This document shows, piece after piece, positions 20,166 to 30,739 of a stretch of DNA of 64,000 bases. Location of the stretch: the NCBI GenBank assembly GCA_918797485.1, contig CAKKNE010000003.1, positions 2,108,001 to 2,172,000 of the forward strand, written 5' to 3'. The DNA comes from Pelagomonas calceolata. Lineage: Eukaryota. The notes under the pieces were generated by a model. It did not search any database and was not told where the DNA came from. It saw only the letters and a program-made list of their open reading frames with translations. Both the position numbers and the translations under genes were made by a program. Position 1 is the first letter of the stretch. Every line of letters starts with the position of its first letter.

Positions 20166-22541
20166 ATGGCGGACTTCGATGAACACGGCCAGTGCGTCGT
20201 CTGCGCCGAGAATCTCTCGGCCGAAGAACCGGGCAAAGCGTTCCCGTGCTGCGGAGCGACGTACTGCCCGGCCTGCGCGCGGGAGACGGTCGAGAACGAG
20301 TGCTGCGCCGAGTGCTTCAAGGAGATCGACGCGCAGGGCGACGTCGACGGCTACGTCGACGCGCTGCCCGCGCACGATGCCGCGCCGCCGCCGCCGCCGT
20401 CGCCGACGCCGAGCGAGGCGCCGACCGAGCCGTCCGCGCCGCCGCGGCCGACGGCTCGGGAGCTCTGGCAGCAGCGCACGCGCCTCGAGACGATCGAGCG
20501 GCGCGCGCGGCGCCTCGCCGCGCACTCGAACGTGGCGACCGTCGACCTCGCCGGCGGCGGCGCGTGCCCGGGCCCGGAGGCGGTCCGCGCCGCGTTCGAC
20601 CGCGACGAGGTCCTGGCGGCCTCGGACGTCTTGTGCCTGCTCAAGAGAGCAGTCGACGTGCTGGCGGCCGAGCCGAACGTCCTCGGCCTCCAGGCGCCGC
20701 TGCTGACGATCGGCGACATCCACGGCCAGTACGGCGATTTAGAAGAGCTGTGCCACGGCGACGGCGACGGCGGCGCCCTGCTGCAGGCGCGGCGCGATTG
20801 CGGCGCGCCGGAAGCGCTCGGGGGGCCTCCCGCGAGCGGCGACGACAAAAAGGTCGGGTCGCTGCTCTTCCTGGGCGACTACGTGGACCGCGGCGCCCGG
20901 TCGTGCGAGGTCCTCTTCTACCTCCTCGCGCTGAAGGTGCGCTACCCGCGGAAGGTGCACCTGCTCCGCGGGAACCACGAGTCGCGGAACTGCACGGGCC
21001 ACTTCGGCTTCCGCGACGAGTGCAACCGCAAGTACGGCCCCCACGTCTACAACCAGTGCTGCAGCGTCTTCGAGGCGATGCCGCTCGCCGCCGTCGTGGC
21101 CACGGGGCGCGGCGACATCTTCTGCTGCCACGGCGGGCTCGGGCCGGACCTGCGGCGCGTCGCGGACCTGAACGCCATCAACCGCCGCGTCGAGCCCGAA
21201 GATAAAGGCCTACTCTGCGACATCCTCTGGTCGGACCCGCGCCGCGACGACGAATTCGCGGCGCGCCGGACGACTCTTGCGTCCTTCGACACGAACCCGA
21301 CGCGAGGATGTTCCGTGGTCTTCGGCGAGACGGCCGTGGACCGCTTCCTGCGGAACAACGATATTCTCGCCATGATCCGGGCACACGAGTGCCAGGAGGC
21401 GGGCCTCGCGCAGGACTTCGACGACACGGTCATGCCGTTCGAGTCGATCGGCGAGCACGAGATCCTGGACGGCGACGACAACGTGCGAAAAAAGCTCGCG
21501 CGCGTGACGACGGTTTTCAGCGCCGCTGACTACTGCGGCCACCATGGAAATTTGGGTGCTGTGCTGCTCGTGGCGTGGGACAAGGCGTGCGCGGTGGCGT
21601 ACGCGGCGAGGTCCGACCCGAAGGACTTCGCGGTGCCGCCGCCGGCGTCGGACGGCGAGCTCACGGCGATGGCGGTGCGCGACGCGCAGGCCGCGGCGCC
21701 GTGGATGCCGACGACGATCGCGGGCCTCCTCGCCGCGCTGCGGGACCTGCAGGCGCCGCCCGGCGCGACGCCGCGGAAGCCGCGCCGGCGCTCGTCGACG
21801 GGCGTGCGGCGCCGATCCTTCGAGGCGGCGTCGCCCGAGGCGCGGTTTGTCTCGAGGCGCTTCGACGCCGCGCGGCGCGGCAACGCCGTCAGCGAGCTGA
21901 ACCCGCGCGTCCTCGGGCGCCTCGTCGCCGAGGGCGGGCTGCTGAACGACGCGGCCGTCGCCGCCCTGGCGACGCGGGCGCCCTTCGTCGACTCCGGCGC
22001 GCTGGGTGTCGGCCGGCGAGGCAAGAAGGTCATGGGAACGTCGCGCGTCGTCGGACGGCAGATGGACAACGAACTCGCGGCGCTGCGGGCGGACCTGCGC
22101 GCGAACCGCGAGGGCCGGGAGAACGCGCCGCCCGCGCCGGCGACGCCGGCCATCGCCAAGGCCAAGGCGCGCTACGCCGCCGCGGCGCGACGGGCGCCGG
22201 CGACGCCGGTGCAGCCTCGAGGCTTCTCCGAGCCCGAGCTCCACGCGCTGAAGACGATCTTCGCGATGTTCGACCAGGACGGCGGGGAGCGGCTCTCGCG
22301 GGCGGACCTCTTGGCCTACGCCGACGCGATTGGTGAGTTCGCGCTGCCGCAGGACGTCGACGCCGTCTTCACGTGCCTGGCGGGCGACGCGACGACGATC
22401 GGTCTGGAAGAGTGGGTCTTGTTTGCTGCGAAGCTCAAGACGGCGTGGGACTACAACTCCACGCCCGCCACGCCGGTCTCGCCCGTGGCGTCTAGAACTC
22501 GCAGCGCGGCCCGCGGGAGAGCGCGCGCCGCGGCGTACTAG
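20166..22541 (+). CDS. PPP-family (calcineurin A-like) Ser/Thr phosphatase with N-terminal RING-like finger and C-terminal EF-hand
   Basis: GDIHG, GDYVDRG, RGNHE, HGG, LCDILWSDP and IRAHE; N-terminal CxxC..CC..CxxC..CxxC; C-terminal FDQDGGERLSRADL. Confidence 0.9.
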   Translation: MADFDEHGQCVVCAENLSAEEPGKAFPCCGATYCPACARETVENECCAECFKEIDAQGDVDGYVDALPAHDAAPPPPPSPTPSEAPTEPSAPPRPTARELWQQRTRLETIERRARRLAAHSNVATVDLAGGGACPGPEAVRAAFDRDEVLAASDVLCLLKRAVDVLAAEPNVLGLQAPLLTIGDIHGQYGDLEELCHGDGDGGALLQARRDCGAPEALGGPPASGDDKKVGSLLFLGDYVDRGARSCEVLFYLLALKVRYPRKVHLLRGNHESRNCTGHFGFRDECNRKYGPHVYNQCCSVFEAMPLAAVVATGRGDIFCCHGGLGPDLRRVADLNAINRRVEPEDKGLLCDILWSDPRRDDEFAARRTTLASFDTNPTRGCSVVFGETAVDRFLRNNDILAMIRAHECQEAGLAQDFDDTVMPFESIGEHEILDGDDNVRKKLARVTTVFSAADYCGHHGNLGAVLLVAWDKACAVAYAARSDPKDFAVPPPASDGELTAMAVRDAQAAAPWMPTTIAGLLAALRDLQAPPGATPRKPRRRSSTGVRRRSFEAASPEARFVSRRFDAARRGNAVSELNPRVLGRLVAEGGLLNDAAVAALATRAPFVDSGALGVGRRGKKVMGTSRVVGRQMDNELAALRADLRANREGRENAPPAPATPAIAKAKARYAAAARRAPATPVQPRGFSEPELHALKTIFAMFDQDGGERLSRADLLAYADAIGEFALPQDVDAVFTCLAGDATTIGLEEWVLFAAKLKTAWDYNSTPATPVSPVASRTRSAARGRARAAAY

Positions 22542-22566
22542 GCCCCGAAGTATAAGTTGACGTTCG

Positions 22567-23820
22567 TTAGAGAAAGTCCTCGGGCAGTCCGATCGGCGAG
22601 GGAGGCGTCTCCGGCTCGATCCTCGGCAGGGACGCGTGCCGCGCGACGGAGTTCAGCGGCGGCAGCCGCGTCGTCGGTTCAGCGATAACATCCGCTCCCT
22701 CGCCAGCGCGCAGCGACGAACTATACGCGGCGCAGCTCCGGTCCATGTATTCCAGCGCCTGCTCGAGGTCGTCGCGCTCGCGGCAGTGGGCCGCGAGCTG
22801 GCGCAGCGACTGGGCCTCCTCCGCGTGGGGCCCGCCGTAGATCGTGCCGCGCAGCTGCGCCGCCTCTCCATATAACCGTTCCGCGACGTCGAGCTCGCCG
22901 GCCCGCGCGAGCCCGGCGCCGAACGCCGCGAGGCGCGCCGCGAGGCCGCCCGCCGCGGCCACGGCCGCGGACGCCTGCTGGGCGTCGTCCTTCTTCCGCG
23001 CGGCCAAGGAATGGGTCGCCCGGGCCCAGGCGCGCGCGCGGACGCCGTTCCGTCGCCGGTCCTGCTCGTCGTCCGCCTGGCGCCGCGTCACCGTCTCGCG
23101 TAACTTCCGCTCGGCGTCTTGGGTCTTCCGGCGCTCGGCATCCAGAGTCCTTGCCGCGCGCTCGGCGCGCGACCTCTCTCTGTTAATTTCCGCCTTAAGC
23201 TTGGCCGTCTCGCCCTCGTCGGCGCGCGGCTGTGCGGCCTGCGCCCGGAGCTCGGCGGCCTCGTCCGCCAAGGATTGTCTTGCAGATCGTTCCTGCTCCA
23301 ACTCGGTCGCGAGCGCCGCGAGGGCCTCCGACTGGTCGGCCTCGCCGCCGCTCTGGCGCGCCTGGTCGAGCTCCGACGCCAGTGCGGCGATCTCGGCCGC
23401 ACTGGTCTGTTGGACCGCGGCCAACTCCTCCCGAACAGCGGCCAGCGCCGCCTGCGCCTCCGCGATGGCGGCGGCGTCCCCCGAGTCGTCCGCGCTCAAG
23501 AGTGAGTCTGCCGTGGCGGCCTGCGACTCCGCGGCGTCCGCGCGCTTCGTGGCCGCCTCGAGCTCCGCGCGCACGTCGTCGAGGGTCTTTTGGAGGGCCT
23601 GCTCCGCCTCCTTCGCGCCGGCCGCCTTCGCCTCGGCGACGGCGGCCGCGGACTCCTTTGTCGACGCGGCTTGTGCGGCCTCGAGGTCCTTGACCTTGCC
23701 CGACAGCTCCTTGACTTTGTCGTCGTGCGCTTTGGCCGCCGCGGCGGCCTTCTGCTTCTCCGCTTCCAGGGCCTCGTTGGCCGCCGCGAGGTCTGCTTCT
23801 AGCTTCTTTTTTGTGACCAT
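22567..23820 (-). CDS. Coiled-coil protein with C-terminal TPR-like repeat
   Basis: Ala/Glu heptads; AERLYGEAAQLRGTIYGGPHAEEAQSL (kinesin-light-chain-type TPR). Confidence 0.7.
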   Translation of the reverse strand: MVTKKKLEADLAAANEALEAEKQKAAAAAKAHDDKVKELSGKVKDLEAAQAASTKESAAAVAEAKAAGAKEAEQALQKTLDDVRAELEAATKRADAAESQAATADSLLSADDSGDAAAIAEAQAALAAVREELAAVQQTSAAEIAALASELDQARQSGGEADQSEALAALATELEQERSARQSLADEAAELRAQAAQPRADEGETAKLKAEINRERSRAERAARTLDAERRKTQDAERKLRETVTRRQADDEQDRRRNGVRARAWARATHSLAARKKDDAQQASAAVAAAGGLAARLAAFGAGLARAGELDVAERLYGEAAQLRGTIYGGPHAEEAQSLRQLAAHCRERDDLEQALEYMDRSCAAYSSSLRAGEGADVIAEPTTRLPPLNSVARHASLPRIEPETPPSPIGLPEDFL

Positions 23821-23971
23821 TTTTGGCTGCCCCGGGCTGCCCCGCTCTGCTCAGGTGGTCCACTGGTGTGTGTTGGAGCTACCTCTATGAGTCCCACGTG
23901 CAGCAACCGTGTACTAGTGGAGTTACGCCGCGTTTTTGGGCAAACGCAGCACAGCGCTCCTTGGATTTAAC

Positions 23972-23991
23972 CTAGCTTATCGACACACTAG
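23972..23991 (-). promoter_or_regulatory. CTAG-bracketed intergenic motif
   Basis: Minus strand reads ctagtgtgtcgataagctag. Confidence 0.6.
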
Positions 23992-24094
23992 CACGGGCCG
24001 TCCGATCGTGAAGCGAAGCGCTATGGCAGCACTCGTCTTTAGACGCCGTCGACGCCGCCGTAGAGTCAATATTAGACTTTAAGAATAATTAGAA

Positions 24095-24895
24095 CTAATA
24101 ATACAGCCGCTTCGACGCGGCGAGCTCGGCGCCCTCGAGCACGGGCGTCAGCGAGAAGGTCCCGACGATGAAGTACTTCTCGCGCGAGAACGGGCCGAAG
24201 AGCCCTGGTCGCTTGACGCTGATTGGGCCCTGGTCCACGAACAGTTTGGCCTCGCCCGGGAGCGCGCCCGCGTTCGGGTCCCGCACCTTCGGCAGGCGCT
24301 CCTCGACGCGCTCGACGGCCGACTGCGCCGCGGCGAGGGCGTCCATTTTTTTGGCAAGCGCGAACAGGTTCGGGCCCTCGCGGACCTCGTCGACCTCCGC
24401 CTGCGCCGCCGCCCGTTTCTGATTCGCCGGTAGCAAGTCGCGCCGCGCGTCGGCCACGTCAGCCGCGTCGAAGGCCGACGCCGTGAAGTAGAGCTTCTCG
24501 GCCGGGAGCGCGACGCCGCGCGACTCGACGTCCGTCGCCCCCGAAAAGTCGAGCCAGAAGCGCAGCACACTTGGTGCCCGATCGCGCGCCAGGACCCATG
24601 CCCCGCTGCCGACGGCCACCTCCCGCCGACCTCCGACGCCGGTAAAAGACGCGCTTTCCGCAGTGACGCAGCGCGGCGCGCGGCCGCGGCCGAGGAACGG
24701 CTCCTCGGCCGCAGGATCGTCGCCGAACTCGATCTGCGTCTGCAGGAAGAAGCGCGCGCCGCTCGCCGCCCAGCTCTCGGGCATCGAACTGCCCGGCTCG
24801 CGGCCGAGGTTGAGCGCCACGTTCCATTTCGCCAGCGCGTCGGCGGTCGCGAAGAGGCAAGCTAGGATAACGATGCCGCGCCGGCTGCGGAGCAT
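24095..24895 (-). CDS. Uncharacterised algal protein with signal/plastid presequence
   Basis: Hydrophobic N-terminus; globular sequence (LNLGREPGSSMPESWAASGARF); coding-like codon usage. Confidence 0.7.
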   Translation of the reverse strand: MLRSRRGIVILACLFATADALAKWNVALNLGREPGSSMPESWAASGARFFLQTQIEFGDDPAAEEPFLGRGRAPRCVTAESASFTGVGGRREVAVGSGAWVLARDRAPSVLRFWLDFSGATDVESRGVALPAEKLYFTASAFDAADVADARRDLLPANQKRAAAQAEVDEVREGPNLFALAKKMDALAAAQSAVERVEERLPKVRDPNAGALPGEAKLFVDQGPISVKRPGLFGPFSREKYFIVGTFSLTPVLEGAELAASKRLYY

Positions 24896-25061
24896 GATGC
24901 GCCCACTGAGCAAGATGCGCCTCTCTGTAGCTATGAGCTCCTATCTGTCGCGCAAAGCTGTGCAGGGGGAACCAGAGAGTGTCTGGAGGCTGGCGTGCGA
25001 GTGCTGGGTTCAGGCGTGCAATGGCGACGCGTACGAGACCTGAAAAGTGGAGCACGCGCTT

Positions 25062-25081
25062 CTAGCGTAATCACACACTAG
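25062..25081 (-). promoter_or_regulatory. CTAG-bracketed intergenic motif
   Basis: Minus strand reads ctagtgtgtgattacgctag. Confidence 0.6.
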
Positions 25082-25177
25082 CATTCCAACCACGGATCGA
25101 AGCGAGTCCCTTGTAGGAGGATAGCCTCGTGAGGCGCATGGGAGTTTGTTTGTTACAATTGCTTAAGTTTAAACCAC

Positions 25178-26704
25178 CTACCATCGCGACTGCGGCGACC
25201 GGAAGCCGTAGCCGACCTGCTTCCGGCCGTAGCCGTGGCCGCCGCCGTAGCGGTTCGCCGGGCTGCCGAAGGACCGGTAGCCGCCGCCGACCGGCGAGAA
25301 GTTCGAGCGCGGCGAGAAGGGCGGCGACCGCGGCGACGGCGTCGGCGCGCCGCCGTCGAGCTCGTACACCGCGCCGCGCGGCACGACGAGCCCGTCGTAG
25401 TGCACGCCGCCGCAGTAGAGCACGTCGACGCGGCCGCGCGGCGGCCGCGCCGGCGCGTCGAAGCGCGAGATGCGCTTGAAGGGGTGCCGCGCGCCCGCCG
25501 GCGACCGCTCGTAGACGTGGACGTCGACGCGGAATTTCCGCGCGCACGCCGCCATCTCGATGCCGCCGCCCCAGCCGCCGATGCGCATGCGGCCGACGTA
25601 GGCCGGCACGGCCTGGTTCGCGTCCCAGAGGACCCAGTCGCGCACGGGCGTGTCCGCGATCTTCAGGTCCTCGTGCCGCGCGAGCCAGTCCATCAATGCT
25701 TGCCGCAGCCGCCGGTGGTCGTAGTCCGCGACGCGCGCATCCCGCAGCCCGTGCGCCAGGCTGTGGAAGAGGCACGAGCCGTCGCCCGGCTGGCGCACGA
25801 CGCGCGCCTGCCGCAGCACGGCGCGCCCGCCGTCGGAGCCCAGCCCCTCGTGCGGCGCGCGGTTCCGCGCGTCCGGGTGGTCATCCCTATCACCCTTGAA
25901 GAAGGGGCAGTCCTCCGTCGCGTGCGGGCCGTCGCACTTGTCGCACTTGAGCTCCTTGGTGGACGCGGGCGTTTTGGGTTTTGGTCTTTCCGTAAACGTG
26001 ACGCGCGGCGACGCGAGCGGCCGCGACCCGGCGGGCGACCGCGATTGTGCCTCGACCCGCTTGGCCATGGCGCTCTCGACGCGGTCCGCGAACGTCTCGG
26101 GGCACGACGCCTTCTTGACAGAATCCGCGACCCAGGCGGCGTCGTAGTGGTCCACGCCCGCGACGCCCGCCGCGCGCGCGCGTGCGATCGCCGCCTCCAT
26201 GCGGCGCGCCGCCTTGTCGCGCGCGAGCGCCGCGGCGTCGATGGGCGTCGCGCCGCGCGCGAGCGCCGCGGAGTCGAGGGGCGGCGGCAACGAGATGTCC
26301 GGCCGCCCTGTTGCGAGGCCGAGGCGCCTGGCGTAAATGTCGTCCGGCGCCCTTTCGTTCTCGTCGCGCGCGCGCTTGCTGGCCGTCGGCGGCGTCGCCT
26401 CGGCCGCGGCGGGGCGCTTCGGCGGCGTCGCCCGCGGCTCCGCGACGCTCGTGCGCGAGAAATCCGGCGGCGGCGGCGGCCCGTAGACGACGGGGCTCGT
26501 GGGCGCCGCCGACGCGACGCGCGCCTCGGCCTTGAGCTTGGGCGGGCCGCCGCGCATGGTCTTGGCGAAGAGCGCGGCCTGTCTAGGGATCATCTTCGAG
26601 AACGAGAACGACTTCTTGGGCTTGGCGGTGCTGTTCAGGCCCGCGCTCTTGAGGCCGAACGCGTCCGCCTTGGGGCGCGTGCCCGCGGCGAGGCTGAACT
26701 TCAT
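25178..26704 (-). CDS. OTU-family deubiquitinase with CCHC-type zinc knuckle
   Basis: PGDGSCLFHSL, WGGGIE and HYD catalytic motifs; CDKCDGPHATEDC. Confidence 0.85.
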   Translation of the reverse strand: MKFSLAAGTRPKADAFGLKSAGLNSTAKPKKSFSFSKMIPRQAALFAKTMRGGPPKLKAEARVASAAPTSPVVYGPPPPPDFSRTSVAEPRATPPKRPAAAEATPPTASKRARDENERAPDDIYARRLGLATGRPDISLPPPLDSAALARGATPIDAAALARDKAARRMEAAIARARAAGVAGVDHYDAAWVADSVKKASCPETFADRVESAMAKRVEAQSRSPAGSRPLASPRVTFTERPKPKTPASTKELKCDKCDGPHATEDCPFFKGDRDDHPDARNRAPHEGLGSDGGRAVLRQARVVRQPGDGSCLFHSLAHGLRDARVADYDHRRLRQALMDWLARHEDLKIADTPVRDWVLWDANQAVPAYVGRMRIGGWGGGIEMAACARKFRVDVHVYERSPAGARHPFKRISRFDAPARPPRGRVDVLYCGGVHYDGLVVPRGAVYELDGGAPTPSPRSPPFSPRSNFSPVGGGYRSFGSPANRYGGGHGYGRKQVGYGFRSPQSRW

Positions 26705-27050
26705 CTCCTCGGTTTTCGTTTCCTTGGTTTTCGTGCTTCTGCAGCGGCGCGGCGGCGAGAGCGTTCCGCGAGCGTCCGCAGTGGCAACACTACAGGTCTG
26801 CACCTTCAGGCGGTCTCAAAGCGCTTGGCGAGCGGCGCTGGCGCTTTGTGGCAAGACTTGCGCTGCGGAATCAATTTCAAAGCCGCCGTGTGTTGTATCG
26901 ATGCGGCGCGACGCTTGTTTTGCCTGGTCATGCACTCAAAACAAAACTCCTCGGCGGCGGCGGCGATGAAAGCAAACGCCGTTGGATAAGGTAGGAGAGG
27001 CCTGCTCGGGAAGGCACCGCGTCCGAAGTGAGCTTTCTTTGTCCGCCTAG

Positions 27051-27070
27051 CTAGCGCCTTGAGGCACTAG
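27051..27070 (-). promoter_or_regulatory. CTAG-bracketed intergenic motif (variant)
   Basis: Minus strand reads ctagtgcctcaaggcgctag. Confidence 0.55.
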
Positions 27071-27245
27071 CGCTGCAAAGAGCAAGCGGGCTGGGCAGCA
27101 AAAAAGGGCACAGTGATCGCCTACGCGCGCATTGAGCAGCGGCACAGATCGGCCTGGTCATACACTAACGTGTCTGCACAGCTTGGCGCAATTCACTCGT
27201 CTGTTAAGGGCTCCCAGCACAGCTGCCGCTGAGCACTGACTGCTG

Positions 27246-28478
27246 ATGCGCCGTCTCATCGCAGCCATGGTAATGCTCACCACGGCCCGCGCCGTGAGCA
27301 CGGCCTGGTGGCGGTCGATCGGCGCGCCCAAATATATCTGCGCCCCCATGGTTGATCAGTCGGAGCTGGCCTTCCGCGAGCTGTCGCGGCGCTACGGCGC
27401 CGGGCTCTGCTACACGCCCATGCTGCACGCCGGTCTGGCCGCGGGCGACTCCGGGATCCAATATCTCGAACGCCAGTTCACGACGCGGCGTGGCGACTGG
27501 CCGCTGGCCGCGCAGTTCGCCGGCCACGACGCATCGGTGGTCTGCAGGGCGGCCGAGCGGACTCTTCATCTAGCGGGCGATAATGTCGACAACGTCGTGG
27601 CGCTCGACCTCAATTTGGGCTGCCCGCAGCAGATCGCGCGCAGGGGACGGTACGGCGCGTGGCTCTGGGAGCGCGACGCCGACGCGGCCGTCGGCGTGAT
27701 CCGGGCGCTGCGGACGCAATTTGCGACTGATGAGCGTGTTGTTACGGCGAAGGTCAGAATATTACCTCCGGGCGACGAGAACGCCGTCCGGGAGACGGCG
27801 GACCGGTGCCTGCGCCTCGCCGATGCCGGCGCGTCGCTCATATGCGTGCACGGCCGGACGCGCGAGCAGAACAAGCAGCTCTCCGGCGCGGCGAACTGGG
27901 CGTCAATAAAAGCGGTGCGCGAGGCGCTGGCGGCACGCGACGTCGTGACCATCGCTAATGGTGGAATCGGCGACCTGGGAGACGTAGTGGCGGCCGCCGA
28001 GGCGACGGGCTGCGACGCCGTCATGTCCTCGGAAGGTCTGCTGGCGAACCCCGCGCTCTTCGTCCGCAACCGCGACGCAGACGATGCGTACGTCGGCGCG
28101 CGGCGCCTGGCGCGCGAGTACCTGGCGCTGGCCGAGGACACCGGCGCGGAGACGTCGGACGCGCGGGGCCACCTCTTCAAGATCCTTCACGGGGGCCTGA
28201 CGGCGCGCGTGGACCTGCGGACGGCGCTCTCGACGGCCTCTTCGTTAAACGACATGTGCGCCGTCGTCGACGCGCTCGACCAGGCGGACCCGGACGGATC
28301 ACTGGAGGCGCGGCACGACGACGCGTCCGACCGCAAGAGCTGGTACTGGCGGCACCGCGTCGCGAAGGTCGTTGAGCGCGACCCGGCCATCGTCCAGGCG
28401 CGCCTCCAGCGCAAGCTTCGGAAGAGCGAGCGGCGGAACGCGGCGCGGCGGCGCGCTGCTGCTGCTGGGGTGAGTTAA
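27246..28478 (+). CDS. DUS1: tRNA-dihydrouridine synthase (Dus1-like)
   Basis: APMVDQSELAFR, DLNLGCPQ, HGRT, IANG and EGLLANP motifs. Confidence 0.9.
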   Translation: MRRLIAAMVMLTTARAVSTAWWRSIGAPKYICAPMVDQSELAFRELSRRYGAGLCYTPMLHAGLAAGDSGIQYLERQFTTRRGDWPLAAQFAGHDASVVCRAAERTLHLAGDNVDNVVALDLNLGCPQQIARRGRYGAWLWERDADAAVGVIRALRTQFATDERVVTAKVRILPPGDENAVRETADRCLRLADAGASLICVHGRTREQNKQLSGAANWASIKAVREALAARDVVTIANGGIGDLGDVVAAAEATGCDAVMSSEGLLANPALFVRNRDADDAYVGARRLAREYLALAEDTGAETSDARGHLFKILHGGLTARVDLRTALSTASSLNDMCAVVDALDQADPDGSLEARHDDASDRKSWYWRHRVAKVVERDPAIVQARLQRKLRKSERRNAARRRAAAAGVS

Positions 28479-28679
28479 TACAGTTCACTTACATCATCCT
28501 GGTGCGGCGGCGCCGCGGCGGTGCCCGGCCAGAGAGCCAGGGAAGTAAAATATCGTTTGTGATAACACCACCACCACTCCTACTGGATCCCACGTGATCT
28601 CGCGGTGCGCGGAAAGGGTACACGTTCACTCAAGCAGAGCAGATGGGGAGAGATAGCAGAGCAGATGAATGAAAAATTG

Positions 28680-28699
28680 CTAGTATATCGACACACTAG
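28680..28699 (-). promoter_or_regulatory. CTAG-bracketed intergenic motif
   Basis: Minus strand reads ctagtgtgtcgatatactag. Confidence 0.6.
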
Positions 28700-28886
28700 C
28701 TAATCTGCACAAAAAATGACAAAAATCATCCTGTCATCTCGCAAAAAACTCCCTGTCGTCGATTTTGCAAGCTGCCCCAAGCCAGAGCAACGCATTTTTG
28801 CACCAAGATTGCAGCCCTGCGGTCAACTGACCTGCTGAAGAAGGAAGGCTATCCGGCCGTCCCTCGAACGCGGCTGCCCGCATCCC

Positions 28887-30640
28887 ATGCATGCGTGTCG
28901 CATGGGCAGCACAACTTGCAAGCTGGCCCTCGTGGCAGCACTGATCGGAGGCACCGTAGCGGAGAACCGGACGACGACGCTGCGCGACCTGCCCGCCGGG
29001 ACGCGCGGCCGCTGGGAGTACAAGGACGGCGACTTCGTCTTCTACAACAAGAGGGAGCTGGTCCTGCGCCTGCGCGCGCCGACGGTGAAAAAAACAAAGC
29101 GGTCGCACGACCACCACGGAACCTTCGACGCGTCGTGTCTCGTGCGGGCGGATCCGAGGACCGTGCTCGCGGGAATGCGAGGCGGCTGGGGCGTACTCGA
29201 GACCGGCAAGCCGTCCGTGGAGTGCGAACATAAATCCAAGACGCAGCTCTGCCGGGACCGGGCGGCGGAGAAGCGGCAAAATGGGGAATGGGTGCCCCTG
29301 GCCATCATGACCGTCGCGACGTCGGAGGCGGCGCGGCGGCGGCTGCTCGACAAGGCGCGTCGCTCCTGGCGGCTCTGGCAGGCGATCGGCCGGCGACGTG
29401 ACAAGCGCAAGCAGCCGGCTCAGCGCCGCGCCAAGCGCAAGCCTCCGGTACTGAATCCGGCCCCGCCGGCTCCGACGAGTCCCGTCGCGCAGCGGCCACC
29501 GGAATGCAAAAAGCATCCCCGGCGGAAGGGCTGCCGGGACCCGCCACCGCCGGCGCCCGAGCAGGCGGATCCGGGCCTCCCGTGGGTGCAGCGACGGGGA
29601 GGCCCTGCAAAAAAATTAGGCCGGGTGGCCGGGTACTTCAAGCGCGAGGCGATGCTGTTTAAGGCTATGGACCGCGCCATCGCGGCGGCGGCGCCGGGCG
29701 CGACGCCGAATGTGCTAGACATAGGCGCGAACCACGGCATCTTCGCGATCTTCGCGGCGCTCCGGGGCGCGCGCGTCGCGGCGGTCGAGGCCCAGGCGGC
29801 GCTCGCGAGCCTCGTCAAGGTGTCGGCTCTGGCGAACGGCGTCGACGTGGAGGTCTACCACAACGCCGTGCTCGACGTGCCCGCGGTGGTGGAGATCTGT
29901 GTGGAAATCAACCAGTGTGTCGGGTGCACGATAATTCTTCACTAAGTCATCTCTCGGCGATGACGCGGCCGTCCTGGCTCGGTCGAGGGGTAAGGAACCG
30001 GCATCGCCACGCCATCGAGCAGGCGTCGCGTCGATGGCGTGGAGGGCGACGCGACGATTCTGCACGAACGCGCCGTAAAATTTTGATTTCCACACAGGTG
30101 GAGATCGCGGAACTGGGCGCGGCGAACGACTTCAACGAGGGCGGCACGGCCTCCCTGGGCGCGGCGCGAATGGCCTCCGAGGGCGGCGAAGAAGTGATGA
30201 TGGCGCAGGTCCGCACGGCGAGCGTCGACCTCGTCGCCAGCGAGGTCTTCGGCGCGGACGCGACGATCGACTTCCTGAAGATCGACGTCGAGGGCGTGGA
30301 GATCCCCGCCCTCCGGTCGTCGCTCGAGCTACTGGGCAGAGGAGGCGTCCGCGATGCGTCCGTCGAGTTCGGCCCCGCGAAGCGCTGGGCCGAGTCGGAG
30401 CAGCACGGCGTCGCGGGCGCCAACCCGGCGGCCGCGGTCGACGTCCTACACAAGATCGACGCCGCGGGCTACGACGCGTACCTCACGTGGGGGCGGTTCT
30501 GCGTGCCGCCGCTGAACGCGACGGGTGAGCTCGCGGACGAAGCGTTCGCGCGCGAGTGCCAGCTCGAACTCGTGAAGAGCGGCTTGCCCCACCCGTGCAG
30601 GAAGGAAGTAGCAAGACTTGTAGCAAGAGGTTCTGTATGA
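28887..30640 (+). CDS. FkbM-family SAM methyltransferase with long N-terminal extension; intron 29889-30097
   Basis: LDIGANHG, AVEA and FLKIDVEGVE; spliced join VPAV|VEIAEL is in frame. Confidence 0.8.
29889..30097 (+). mobile_element. Introner family A, long copy (209-bp intron)
   Basis: TSD gtggagat at 29889 and 30098; 15-bp TIR CTGTGTGGAAATCAA; colinear with 61827-62036. Confidence 0.95.
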
Positions 30641-30739
30641 ATAAGCTTTTCGTTTGTGTTTTCTTAGAAGGCGCTTCCCGTTCTACCATAAACGGCACGG
30701 GGCAACAACCGTGTGTTCTAAGTGTTTAGACGCCGAAAA

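Noticed and set aside
25235..26989. Long antisense and alternative-frame ORFs (e.g. 584 aa here; also 13168-14160, 21210-22244, 22844-23890)
   Set aside because: Arg/Ala/Gly-rich shadows of real genes, expected at this GC content; no domain motifs.
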